DNA of 58,509 bases, filler included, from Sphacelaria rigidula (lineage: Eukaryota), in the NCBI GenBank assembly GCA_964200075.2. It is 10 parts of 10 records of this genome, joined end to end, with 100 filler letters (N's around TTAATTAATTAA, not from the genome) between each part and the next. Parts side by side here need not be neighbours in the genome. Positions count along the whole stretch, not along the records: positions 1 to 5,762 come from CAXNAA020024648.1; positions 5,863 to 11,624 come from CAXNAA020024649.1; 8 more parts are not named here. One strand, given 5' to 3'. Below the pieces are notes generated by a model. The model searched no databases, was not told the origin of the DNA, and was given only the letters and a program-made list of their open reading frames with translations. Shown piece by piece: positions 1 to 11,724 of the stretch (positions are counted from its first letter, which is position 1; each line of letters opens with the position of its first letter). The position numbers and the translations under genes were made by a program.

Positions 1-744
1 GGTTCTCATCCTCAATCAATAGCACCATCCTCAATATAGATGATTGGCTGTTTATATTGGCTGCCAGCGCATATACCCACGCGGCCGTTACAAGGGACAA
101 CAACCGGTGTTGGTATACCTCTGGCATGTACCCTCCAGTTCTATACACACAATTTTGAAGAGTCCGTATTCCTCATATTATCACTGTATCTGCACACAAA
201 AGCAAGTTGGATCGAACGGAATAAGGTCATCGAATAATTTCAGTTGTGCGATTTGTAGTTTGATAGAAATACGAGTCAGTACAAGCAAGCACCGATATTT
301 TTGCTGTACTGGACCGTACCATACCGTGCAGAAGCGTGCGGTGTCGTACCGCAGCGGAAGAGATATGCGCTACGTTTCGCTACAATTTTCATGCGCGTGC
401 AAACACGGGGTGTGTTATGTGCGGTCAGCTGCGATACACATTGCAAACAGTACGGGATAGAGTGTGCGTATGTGTACCTGCTTTCGTACAGTAGTAGGAT
501 GTGAAGGAGACAAGGGCAAAGTGCAGTACAGACGGCGCATGTCTACCTGTACTCTCTGCTTACAGTGCGACGTGAAATGAACTTGAACACCGTGAATCTT
601 TGTACTGCCTGCATTGTCCACGCGTGTGTATGCAAGTCGATTGTCCGCCGCGGCGTACAACGTAGCTCCGTCGCCAATCCCTTCCATGGAATAATATAGA
701 CTTTCGGAAGATTTTTTGTTTTTATCATATAGTCAGAGTGCAGG

Positions 745-970
745 GTGGGAGCTTCGAAACTTCATAGTGGACGTTAAAAGGTTTATAGCGGAAGTTGATG
801 TGACGTGGCTTGACTTGATATTGTTTTGTCGCGGTGATTGGCCGCAGGTTGCCCCGCCAAGTGTACGATCGACCAAGGCCCAGTTTGAAAGTGCGTAGGC
901 CGGCACAACACTGACTGTACCGTACACTGCGGCATCCCACGCACCGTACACTACGCTTTTTCACTGCACC
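745..970. repeat. Dispersed repeat, second copy at ~3310-3570
   Basis: Shared blocks GGAAG(T/C)TGA(T/C)GTGACGTGGCT, GTGATTGGCCG..GTTGCCCCGC, CGATCGACCA and CCGTACACTACGCT. Confidence 0.7.
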
Positions 971-1084
971 TGCAGTACTTCAATCCAGTGCTGTAGTGTT
1001 ATGCAGCGTGGAATACAGTGCAGTAGAGAGAGTGCAATACATAATCCTACAACTGTCAGTGAATTGCGATGCGGTGAACTACTG

Positions 1085-1295
1085 TGTAATGCGTGAGAGG
1101 ATCGCGTGCTTAGAAGACCACATCGGAATTTGAACATCCTTATGGTTCGTGTTGGGGTCAAGGTTAGTGATAAGGTTATGGTCAGGGGAGTGGTACCTGC
1201 AGGGAATGGCCCGATTGGTTTCGAAAAACGTCGATCCTAATGTGTTTTGAACTACGGCGCGGTCCTCTAAGCACGCGGTCCTCTCACGCATCACA
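1085..1295. mobile_element. MITE family A, copy 1 (TIR TGTAATGCGTGAGAGGACCGCGTGCTTAGAGG; degenerate internal telomere-like tract)
   Basis: ~35-bp terminal inverted repeats; internal sequence aligns with copies at 1464, 2926, 3694 and 5458. Confidence 0.85.
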
Positions 1296-1463
1296 TACTG
1301 TACAGCGATACCGTACAAAGAGTCAGTTGTACACACAGTAGTACAGACAAAACGGTGCGCAGCACTTTCAAACAGCAGACCTCGGCCGTATTGCGATGAT
1401 TTTCCCACATGCCACCCATAACGGTGGTGCAAGGCGTCATTATCTCTTACGGGATGGTAAAAC

Positions 1464-1710
1464 TGTAATTAGTGAGAGCACCGCGTGCTTAGAGGGTCGC
1501 GCCGTAGTTCAAAATATCTCAGGATCGACGTTTTTCGAAACCAATCGGATCAGGACCTGCAGGTACCACGCCCCTGACCCCAACCTCAACACTAACCCTC
1601 ACCCTCACCCTAACCCTAACCCTAACCCTAACCCTAACCCTAACCCTTGCTATAGGGATGTTCAAATTCCGATGCGGTCCTCTAAGCACGCGGTCCTCTC
1701 ACGCATTACA
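1464..1710. mobile_element. MITE family A, copy 2 (opposite orientation) with (CCCTAA)6 at 1608-1643
   Basis: Same TIRs and core (GATCGACGTTTTTCGAAACCAATCGG...CCTGCAGGTACCACGCCCCTGACC); six perfect CCCTAA units preceded by two CCCTCA. Confidence 0.88.
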
Positions 1711-2248
1711 CATATGCCCTCTAGCGGCGTCATGCACTAGAGAGTATATCCTCCTCCGCGATAGTGGGATTTCAAGGAGGCGCTGATTGGCCGCGGGTGT
1801 GCCGATAACCTTGACTGTGAGCAGGCAATTCGCCATCAGTGTGTATCCAACACTATGCATACTGCGACAACGGGTAAATGCCTCACGATTACGCGCGAGT
1901 ACCTTTCTGGAGCAATCTAGCCCTTTTGCTGGACAGCTGCCCGCTGGATCACCTGGCCAGCTGCAGCATGGCCCAGGTGGCGTGCATCCCGCCAAGTCCC
2001 TTGCCACCACGCTCACAGCCGTGCTCGCGGCTTTCGGCACCCTGACCAACTTTACAAGTAATCAACGGAAGTTCGTAGGTGTATTGGCCAGCGTAGAGAG
2101 GGTAAAATGTGTCAAAGTTGCAGGTGCTTCATCGGTAGGCCGTAGTCAGGGAGAAGCAAGACCTGAGGTCATACGATGCACCTGTGCGCGACCTTGACGT
2201 TGTTCCCCCGCACGCGGGGGTGGTATGTGGGCTGGCACACAGGTATAT

Positions 2249-2550
2249 CAATGTTGTCGTGAAATTGAGAGGAGAGGATACGATCGAGAGTGAAAAGCGG
2301 CCAGTTAGTGGATGAATCGTTTCAATTCCGAAATACCCCTCCACGACGCCCGATATGCTTTCTGTAGTAGCTTGTCACTGATGCCCTTGATATCCCCGAG
2401 TAGGATATCGACGTGAAGCTGTAAGTACACGCCGGTGATGAAGAAAAAACTAAATAAATCACAAACGGACGGAAGAATTGATCATGTTAAAGCGAATGAC
2501 CAAAGCCACTCTCAATCAGTGCTCTACTCTCAATCTCACGAAAACGTTGT
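2249..2550. mobile_element. MITE family B, full copy (~300 bp; TIR CAACGTTTTCGTGAGATTGAGAGTAGAG)
   Basis: Inverted termini; aligns along its length with 42625-42921 and in part with 20821-20914 and 27996-28175. Confidence 0.85.
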
Positions 2551-2925
2551 TACATGCAACCACCAAAAACTTACGTATCATGCTGTAAAGTCTCCGTACT
2601 CTGCGTGACGGTTCTTCAGCACACAGAATCATTACTTATAGATGCATGCGGTCAGCGACCTGTGGCTACAACAAAGTGAACGCCAGGATTCTACAGGTAC
2701 TACAACAACCAAAAATCAGCCTTGAATCGTGAAAAAGGGGTTTGAACATTGATATGGGACTCAAGTCCCATTTCGAGAGGTCATAATATTCTGTCCGGAA
2801 TTGTTTTACATAAACAACAAACTGGAGATTTCCTTTGTTGAAGCTTCCCCCAGCTTGCGTTATCGCGCATCGCTGCTTCAGCCTCTGAAAGACATGCGTA
2901 TTTCCTCTCGTATTTTTGAAACCGT

Positions 2926-3140
2926 TGTGATGCGTGAGAGGACCGCGTGCTTAGAGAGTCGTATCGAAATATTTTCAACACCCCTATTGTTAGGGTTAGG
3001 GTTAGTGTTGGGATTAGGGTTGGGGTCTGGGCCGTGGTCCCTGCAGGGACTGGCCTGATTGGTTTTGAAACAAGTCGACCCTGAGGTGTTTTGGACTACG
3101 ATGCGGTCCTCTAGGCATGCGGTCCTCTCATGCATTACAC
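2926..3140. mobile_element. MITE family A, copy 3, with TTAGGG-like tract
   Basis: TIRs at both ends; GTTAGGGTTAGGGTTAGTGTTGGGATTAGGGTTGGGG inside. Confidence 0.85.
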
Positions 3141-3693
3141 CGTTCTCATCGGGTGAGAGAAGGAGCTTTCACCAGCTTCCTTTGGGTGTGAAAAAATAAT
3201 GTTACGGGTTTTCTCGAATGCCTCTCGATATGATGAAGGGGGCGCACTGTTAGAGAGTTTCGGGGAGGAAAATGGCAACATTGAGTTAGAGTGGAGGAAC
3301 TTAAGAGTGGAATATTTGGAAGTACAATGTGGACGATGGAAACTTCCTAGTGGAAGCTGACGTGACGTGGCTCGACGTGGATTCTTTCGGGTCGCAGTGA
3401 TTGGCCGTAAGTTGCCCCGCAAAATTTGCGATCGACCAGCAGCGTTCAGTTCGAAAAATGCATAGGTCAGCATAGCACCGACTGTACAATTACAGTAGCG
3501 AGTCTGTATTTTACCGTACCTAACGGCACCGTACCGTACCGTACACTACGCTCCACTACACTTGCACTTCTTCATTGCCCTACGGTGCACTACAGGGGAC
3601 TGTAGTGCTGTGCACTATGCAGTACAGATAGTGCAGTACAGACAGTACGATGCAGAACCCTACAGAACACCGCGGTGGGGTGAAGTTCGGCCA

Positions 3694-3899
3694 TATTGTG
3701 ATCCGTGGGAAGACCGTGTCCTCGGGGGATCGTGCCGTCCCCGGGATCGACGTTTTTCAAATTCAGTCGGGCCAGTCCCTGCAGGTACCACGCCCCTGAC
3801 CCTAAACCCAACACTAACTCTAACCCTAACCCCAATCATGGGGGTGTTTGAAACCCGATGCGGTCCCCTTAGAACGCGGCCCTCTCGCGGATTACAATA
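3694..3899. mobile_element. MITE family A, divergent subfamily copy
   Basis: Same core (GATCGACGTTTTTCAAA...CCTGCAGGTACCACGCCCCTGACC, CTAACCCTAACCC) with variant TIR TATTGTRATCCG. Confidence 0.7.
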
Positions 3900-5457
3900 C
3901 CGTAAAAACAGTACGGTAGCACTTCCGAACAAGAGACAAAAACGCATTGCATTGATTTTCTAACATGCCACGCATAATAACGGTCGTGCAAGATGTCATG
4001 ACCTCTACAGGAATGACAATGTAGCCAGGTATAGCACTGCTTGTGCGTTGGAAGTTGAGAAATAATAGTTCCGAATATACATACTCGAGATTAGCGGTTA
4101 AACTAACCCTAACCCTAACCATAGGGATGGGTACGGGCGCAGCCAGCCAGGATCCAGTACACTGGCTGCAACAGCAGCCACTATACGGGATCCGATCAGT
4201 ACACTGGTGGCGCGGTGAAGCCGCGTGATCTCCGCGCAGCCGTGACCAGCGCACCCTCCTGGCTGGTGATGGGTGTAATGCGCATTACAAAGGGGCCCCG
4301 CTGGCGCGCTTCGCCGGAGGCGCTTTTTTACGCGGTTTGGCTCCACCAGAGGCTAAATACTGAGTGTTTTTTTCACCAACGTAAGAGGCACTATTTCGGG
4401 AGACGACGTCAAGTACAGCACCCAAATTCACTGTTTTCAACACAAGGAAAATGTGAAGATGGAAGATTATAAAATGTGCCACAAATGTTGCAATGCTCAT
4501 CATCAACTCCAGCATCGTGATTGTAGGCTTACACATCATTTGTTGCAGTTGGAGTAACTCATACATGATGTATACTTAGTCTTCACAAGTACAGAGTACT
4601 CCGGACTCCCGTATAACAAATAGAGATATCAGATCTAGAGTAACCCTCGACGGCACAAGGCATGAGCACCGTTCATTGTTGATCATAGGACAGTCTCTCA
4701 CACAAAACACAAAACGAAATACACAGCAGCCCTGAACGTGTATCAACACCGCATTTGCTGACGCAGCGGGTGCAGCTGCTGACGCAGCAGGCCCCGCGGT
4801 ACCACCACCGCCGGGGTCTGCTGCCGGCGGACGGCCAGACACAGAGAACCTGGGCTTCCTTCAAATGGTCTCCTGCTGTGTGCTGCGTGTGCCTTGTGTG
4901 GTGTGTGATCTCTTCTTCGAAGCGGCGTGGCGGCGTAATTTGAATAGGTTTCCGCTGGTTTTGAGGCTTATTGTGGGACGTACGTAAGCTGTATACGTAC
5001 TGGCGGTAGTGGCTGCCAATTTGCCAGTTCTTAGGTGCCGGCCAGTTCCTGAGAAATGGCAGTACGTACTGGTTCAGTACCCGACCCTAGGAATCATGTT
5101 TTTGGACGACGAGGGAATCCGACGAAGGCGGCTTCCCTAACCTGATGAGAGCCGTTTCGAATGTACGAAAGGATATCAATATGGCGTCAGAGACAGCAGC
5201 AACAATACACGACAAGGAGAGCTCTTCAAAGCTGTGACAGACGAATACAACTCTCAGTTGGTTGCTCTTGTAGAATTGTTCCGAAAAATATGTATTATTG
5301 AAATGGATTTTGGGCCCTACATTGATGTTCAACCCAATTTTCCAAGATCCACTGTTCTTGAAAGTCTGTGCCACTCAAAATTCTCGTCGAATGTAATGCT
5401 CGGTGGCCCGAACAAAATGCGATACCTTTTGCGTATAGCAAGGAAACAACAACGAAG

Positions 5458-5660
5458 CGGTGTAATGCGTGAGAGGACCGCGTACTTAGAGGACCACATC
5501 GGAATTTGAACACCCTAGGATTGACGTTTGTCAAGACCGCTTGAGCCAGTCCCTGGAGGGATCGCGCCCCGGACCCGAACGCCAACTAAACGTAACCCGA
5601 ACACTAACCATAATACGGGTTTTCAATGTTCGATGCCGCCCAAAACGCACGCGGTCGTCG
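5458..5660. mobile_element. MITE family A, degenerate copy
   Basis: Intact left TIR CGGTGTAATGCGTGAGAGGACCGCG; decayed core and right end. Confidence 0.65.
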
Positions 5661-5762
5661 AGTCATCTTGCGATAGGGGGGGGGGGGGGGGGGGGGGGTG
5701 TGCCCTTTTTTGCCGCAGGATTAGGACGAGTAAGGTGTGTGTAAAAAGCGGGTGGCCTCCAC

Positions 5763-5862
5763 NNNNNNNNNNNNNNNNNNNNNNNNNNNNNNNNNNNNNN
5801 NNNNNNTTAATTAATTAANNNNNNNNNNNNNNNNNNNNNNNNNNNNNNNNNNNNNNNNNNNN
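5763..5862. other. Artificial contig linker (N44-TTAATTAATTAA-N44); same linker at 11625-11724, 17486-17585, 23347-23446, 29208-29307, 35069-35168, 40930-41029, 46790-46889, 52650-52749
   Basis: Identical 100-bp linker with stops in all six frames; the intervening segments are 5762, 5762, 5761 x5 and 5760 x3 bp, i.e. length-sorted unplaced contigs. Confidence 0.98.
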
Positions 5863-5984
5863 CTCCCCCCCCCCCACATCCCGGAGGGCATGTTTCGAAA
5901 ATTGTCCATATTATTTTATTTCATTTTGTCCACTTGGTTGCAAGAAATTGATCTATAAAGCCTGTTTTGATCATTTTCTGTTAA

Positions 5985-6280
5985 TTTTGTTGCACGAAGT
6001 TGATCAATAAACACTGAGAAAAACCGAATAGTCTGGTGGGCTTTGCAGGGTTTGTATTTCTGCTTCTACTCCTTCCCCGCTCTGTCCCGATGACCTCAGA
6101 TGCCGAAGTGCATTTTTTCTGAATTTTTCCCGATTTGTTTTTTTGGGTTATTTTTGTTGCACGAAATTGATCAATAAACACTGACAAAAACCGTCTGGTG
6201 GGCTTTGCGGGGCTCGTGTACTTGCTTCTACTCCTTGCCCGCTCTGTCCCGATGGCCTCAGATGCCGAAGGGCATTTTCT
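5985..6280. repeat. Imperfect tandem duplication, ~167-bp period
   Basis: TTTTGTTGCACGAA.TTGATCAATAAACACTGA...CGCTCTGTCCCGATG.CCTCAGATGCCGAAG occurs twice. Confidence 0.85.
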
Positions 6281-6626
6281 CGACCGCCAACACTTCGGCA
6301 AAAAAACAGGGGACAGAGGGCTGGGTGTTTCCCCCCCATGACCCCCCCCCCTCCCTCCCCCCTTCAAAAACTCAAATTTTCGATCTTGAGGCCTACATGT
6401 CCAGAATTGTTTTTTACGCTGCCCCCTGATTAGGGGCAAGGTTTTTCGACCTATCAGAGGCTTTCAATCTACGACAATGTGGCGACCTTCCACCGTTCAG
6501 ATGAGAAAAACGAGCGGTATTTTGAGTGGCATAGTAGCTGTAAATCGGTCCAAACATTGCGCTGCTGCGAGTCTAACAGTTGCTTATCAATATGACAGAC
6601 TGGATACCTTTTGTATCGGCCAGAAC

Positions 6627-7076
6627 TGTCACAGTTGTCTTACAAGGGCACGATCAATATCGAGTGTCAACTCACACTCGATGCTTCGCGCAGTACGTTC
6701 TCGTGCCTATTAAATCAAATGAAGCTTGTTCTCAATTTTATTAACTTGATGGTTCTCGCCCCTAGCTTCACCCGTAATCACCAGAGGTAATGTAGCGGTT
6801 GATGGCTGAACGTCCAAACAGGAAGTGACCGAGACGGGCGAGGTCAATGCCCCCCCTTGGTCCTACCGTCTACAGCCTAGAGACGTGCTGCCTCCCGGGG
6901 ACTGGGGAAAACACCAACCTGGTCTTTACCTACCTGCCCAAAGGTGTACCTGCCCCACGGAACCCGAGGGATTCCGTGTGCCTATTCTTTATACAGGAAG
7001 ATCACATATCTGTGCAATGCTTGTGACCTGCGGGTCTCAGGGGGAGGTAGTGTGAACGCCTCTTCACCTCATGACA
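6627..7076 (-). repeat. Putative 3' LTR (450 bp, TGTCA...TGACA)
   Basis: On the minus strand it starts TGTCATGA at the same position as in the contig-6 copy (~29463), ends in the inverted TGACA, and has AATAAA near 6740. No partner LTR is present in the contig. Confidence 0.55.
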
Positions 7077-7484
7077 CGAGCCCATCGAGACAAGCCTCCA
7101 TTACAGTTGCGATGAAGAATGTCAAAGCAACGAAAGTTGAGGCTTTCCTTCACTCGTAGAGTCATGAGTGGAAGAAAGGCAAACCGAAGAGACTTCTGGG
7201 CTCTAGAACATAATAATAAGAAAAATACAGTCCTCAAAAGGGCAATGGCAAACCCTTTGCCCGGTCCTCCCACGCCTCGAAGATGAAAGCAAAAACTGCC
7301 TCCAAGAAGCGCAATTGCGCAATTGTGCTGAAATGCGGAGGAGCACACAATGCTGCTGCGGCTAGCGATAAAACGGAAGAGCACACATCGCCATGACGTG
7401 CTAGCTAGAAAGAAAAAGAGGCAAATCGAGAAAGGACAGGGAATACGGGTTTACGCAGGGAGGACCAGACTTTACGCTTTACGC

Positions 7485-8640
7485 GAATGTTGGATCAAAC
7501 CGGCTCCCAAGTATGCATCTAAAATGGGACTGACTTTCACAGTGAGGAGGGGTTTCGTCTGATATGGTCGAGAAGAAATTGACGGGACGTCGGGTTGTAG
7601 GGTGATCTCAAAAGGCAGTGTTTTACAACGCCCTAAATCTGTCTTGGATCGGGAAAAGCGGTCTTGATACTCCAGTAGAACATCTTGTATTTCCGAGATT
7701 ACAGCGGGATCCCAACCGGTGCCATGTCAGTCAAAATTAACGTCGCGCAAATGAGGTGGTAGTTGGTGCCACATTTGCACGAAACGTTTCCGAGATTCTG
7801 ATGAGAGGCGTTGAAGTACCTCATCAGGAGAGTTGGCAAGTGACCGGACAGGGTCTACTGTGTGCACTTGTGGCGGGGATGAAGATGTGAGGTGGAAACA
7901 GTGTTTATCTACGCAGTGGATAGAGCTGCTTGTCTGACGCGCGGAATCGGGCGCCAGTGAGTCGGCTACACAAGTTTGAAGCGGGATGTGCATGAGGGGA
8001 GCCGCGGCAATGCCCAAGACATCGCCAGGTTCCAAATTGACGTGACCCGTAAGGGGCAGGAGCTGTTTCCCTGCGGAGACAACATCCTCGGTACCAGCAC
8101 GTGCGCCAACCTTGGGGACCATTTCCGCAAGATAGTGCCCTGTTAAGGCAGGCATACCATTGCGGCGAAATAGTGCAACTTTCAAGAGTTGGGGATCATC
8201 GGAGAGGGTAACACCAGCACCACCATCATATCGTAGGTGGTAGGTAGCTCCAGTAACTTGATTTTGTTTTTGGTGAGACAAAGCGCCGTGAAGCGTACCG
8301 AAATGTTCAAGGTTGAATTCGCCACGGGGCGCGGATTGTGACAATGATGGTGGTAATATGCGGTAGGTGCGTTGATCATGGTACTATCGGGGACGATATA
8401 TGCCCAGACCGCAAGACTGGCAGAGCGCGTGTCGTTGTTGAAAATTGCACACTAAGACGCACCGATTTTCGTGTTGTCAACGGTGTGTTGGAGTCACCAA
8501 AGCCGCCCCATACACAAGGCTGGGTGGTGAATTCACAAACGTTCCAAGCAGCGCCATGCCGCTTCATGTGTTGCCACATTGATTCTCTTATGAAAGTTTA
8601 TTGATTGCCACTATCCAACAAGGATACATCCCTGGCAGGC
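7485..8640 (-). pseudogene. Gypsy aspartic protease, linker and start of reverse transcriptase
   Basis: DVSLLDSGNQ*TFIRESMW at ~8575-8630; ORF 7727-8344; then DVLLEYQDRFSRSKTDLGRCKTLPFEITLQP and PILDAYLGAGLIQH. Confidence 0.85.
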
Positions 8641-9726
8641 GTGGTAGCGTAGGGGCCGGAGTGTAACGTGATACGGGTAGTGAAATTGACTAGATCGACA
8701 GACACCTCACCACCGACACGGTCGGGACCGTGTTCAGCCAAGGTGAATTGGTCGGGATCGGACGAGCTGACGCGAAAACAGACGGCGGGTGATTTCCCGG
8801 GGGATCAGATGTATCTCCAGGTGGTCTAGACGGTGGTGGATCCCTGTGTGTAGCACGGCGTGGATTGTCATCATGATTAATTTCGTAGATGAAAGTCTTG
8901 GGAAGGCAAGAATCATCCATTGAAGAGGCAGTAACGTCAGAAATATCCGATTTGGATTCTTCGGTGATGCCTGGTGAAGCCGTCGAGCTGAAAGTCGTCG
9001 CATTATGGATAAAATGAGGTTGAGGGTTTTCCACTTGGGAGAGGTGTACGTGTTAGTGCGCGGGCTTCCTTGGGGGCACGTTGGCGGGGCTTCCTCTCTC
9101 GCCGTGACAAAGGGCGGGGAACTTCCAAGGTACCTTGGGAAACCACAACTGCGTCCAGTTGGGCGGAGGGGGTCAGCATCGGGGCATGCTCTCCCGAAAC
9201 TTGCGGACTGTCCGCTGACAAGCTTGGTTGAGAAGTCATAACCGGATGTAGATTGAAGTGGTTGTTGTGTGAACCATTCAGGGGTAACTTCGCGTAGTAC
9301 GAGGAACGCGAGGAACGAGCTCGATCAAACTGGGTGGGTGTCGGGTGATGCGAAGTGGTCAAGTTTGGGCAAGCAACACCTGAACCAGTCGAAGGAAGTT
9401 AACTACCGCCTGTGTGTGCGGTCGCTGAGGGAAGCCTTTGCCTCAGGGACGGGCGGTTGGCTTTGTCACACCTCAAATATACACTTAGTTCTTGAGGACC
9501 AGGTCCAGCTCCAAGCGTAGAGTTGCGCGGCGAGTCAACGCAACGGTTACGCTGTGTGTGTAGGGATGAAGACGGGGGGAGATAAACGGCCATCTTTACA
9601 ATTCTTACGTGATGTCCGGGAAGCTAAGTGCAAAAGTTCTGCCACTTGTTTCGCGGAGTGTGATGTAACGGTCTTCGTGTGTGCTGTCGGCGGCGCCGAA
9701 AACTCTAAAACGCCGGCGTCGGCGCG

Positions 9727-11577
9727 TCATGGATCAGAACGATCTGTCCTGAATGAGCCAGGATTTCTGGCGGAGGGGTTCGAGTTTTCTCGAGGAGGCC
9801 CCGTGCGCTGATGTCGGTCCGTTGACTCCTGGTGGTGGCGAAAAGAACCACCTCTCCGGCGAGAACCAGAACTGTCATGGGCGATGGAGCGGCGGTCGCG
9901 ATTAGAGCGAATGGTGCCACGTGTGTTGGAGTATTGACCAGAAGTGCCAGTAGGTGTACGGTGATCGCGCATGCGTTGTTGCGATCGGCGCCACGCTGGC
10001 TCGTTGTCCTGTAATTCAGGGTTCATGGGCTGAGAAGTGCTAGTACAAAATTCAGCGCAGTCACGTATACTGTGACCATGACCGTTGCAGTTGATGCATG
10101 TGTTGGCGTGGCGACGGAAAGTATCCTTGCGAGCCAAAGGCGAAAACAAAGGGGTCCACAAGTGTGGGTCATCCGTGATGAAGGCGATGGTCGAAGCGAT
10201 GCATACATCATCCCAAGTCTCTGTAGAATAAGGCCAAGCATCAAACCTTGCACGAAAGGGATCTTCCTGACTCTTGACTATTATGATTGGTCCTCCAATA
10301 GAGTGATCCTCCAACAGAGTGATCCTCCAACAGAGTCGGGTGTCCATGTACTACGAGACGAAGTCTGTTATCGTCCACGAGGCCCAGGGGTGTTCGCGGA
10401 GGGGGCAGTAAAAGTCTGCGAAGGCCCGGAAGAATGGGGGGAGCCACGAGTGGCAGGCGTCAGATTACTCTCCTGATTCACGAATGCAGTCCACATCACG
10501 CCTACAGAGGCGTAAGGCACCTGCTTGTTTGCCAAGGCCCCAGGGAACAGAGACGGTATCAATGTTGGAAACTGCTGAGCGATGCTGTTCCGAACGTACG
10601 TTTGACACATGGCATCGCTAGGACTGTGTTTACGGCCAGTGCCAGTGGTGCTGGAAACAAAAAGCTTGAACACGCGCAGGTATTCCACACAAGGAACATT
10701 CGACGCTACGGTACCGTGACGGAACTAAGACGCTTGATTGCGCCGGCCTGGTCACTCGTGCCGAAGTAGCTTATGAGACGCCTTTCCCGATCAGCGAACA
10801 AAAGCGGCGATCTCTTCCTGTCGGTACAATCCTTAATCGATGCGGCGAAGAAAGAGTCGATGATCTGCGTCAACGATGCGGCGGCATCGGGCGAGCGGGG
10901 GCTGATGGAACGGTGCAAGGCTTTGTGCAAGGGAGTCTGCCAACCATCAACTCAGTCAGGGTTCTCAAATCTTTGTAGTCCCGTGGCATCAGCTAGTTCG
11001 AGGGTGTGTTTCATCGTGCGACGGAGAGATGAAATGAGACCGTAATTGAACTGGCTGGAGTCTTCATTGTCGGCAGCAGGCATGCTTTTGATATGCCAAA
11101 GTTTCTTGACATCCATCTGTAAATAGTCACGCTTGATGGCTGCTACACGATTCAACGTTTTAAGAATGACAACGGCGGCTTTCTGGGCATCGGCTCGTTG
11201 CTTGGCCGCGACCGCTGCGGCCAGAGATCTAGCCGACGTAGAAGACAGTAGTCGGTCAGAGCTGTCGCTATCGAATATACCTAAGAGGCGTCCAGACATA
11301 TCCGCTGAATGGGGTGTAACTTGCCTGGCGATGGTGGAAGGCAGGATCGATGTTTGTTCCGAGCGGATGCGGAACCTGGTCGATGAAGAGCTTGACGAGT
11401 GATCCCTACTGCGCATGTTGCCTTGGGTGCTGCGGCGGTTGTTGCGCTGGTTGTTTTGGCGACGGCGGTCTGTGGAATGTCCACCGCCACAACGACGGAA
11501 GGCATCGTCAGCACCGTCGTCATCGAAGTCGTCGTCGTCATCCCGGCGACGGGGCGGGCGCGGTGGGACCCAATCAT
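9727..11577 (-). pseudogene. Gypsy gag, frameshifted
   Basis: Successive minus-strand ORF pieces (10952-11416, 10706-10930, 10368-10688, 9727-10347) ending in a CX2CX4HX4C knuckle at ~10060-10100. Confidence 0.75.
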
Positions 11578-11724
11578 CGGGATCGGCTGTGGACGTTCTT
11601 GGATACCGCTTCTTGTTTGATCTTNNNNNNNNNNNNNNNNNNNNNNNNNNNNNNNNNNNNNNNNNNNNTTAATTAATTAANNNNNNNNNNNNNNNNNNNN
11701 NNNNNNNNNNNNNNNNNNNNNNNN

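Larger units (their letters stand above)
6627..11624 (-). mobile_element. Ty3/Gypsy LTR retrotransposon, internally deleted (gag, protease, start of RT, then directly the 3' region and putative 3' LTR)
   Basis: Gag zinc knuckle CINCNGHGHSIRDC; protease LLDSG; RT N-terminus homologous to 34180-35060; 7060-7420 homologous to the post-integrase region 29450-29820. Confidence 0.88.

Noticed and set aside
1608..1647. Chromosome telomere
   Set aside because: Short, internal and inside a TIR-bounded element.
40..5100. Many short ORFs in contig 1 and similar regions
   Set aside because: They overlap repeats and MITEs, have no recognisable domains, and are of lengths expected by chance.
7039..7058. 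Plus-strand PPT + TG (AGGGGGAGGTAG-TGTGA) suggesting an oppositely oriented LTR element
   Set aside because: No plus-strand element supports it, and it falls inside the better-supported minus-strand LTR.
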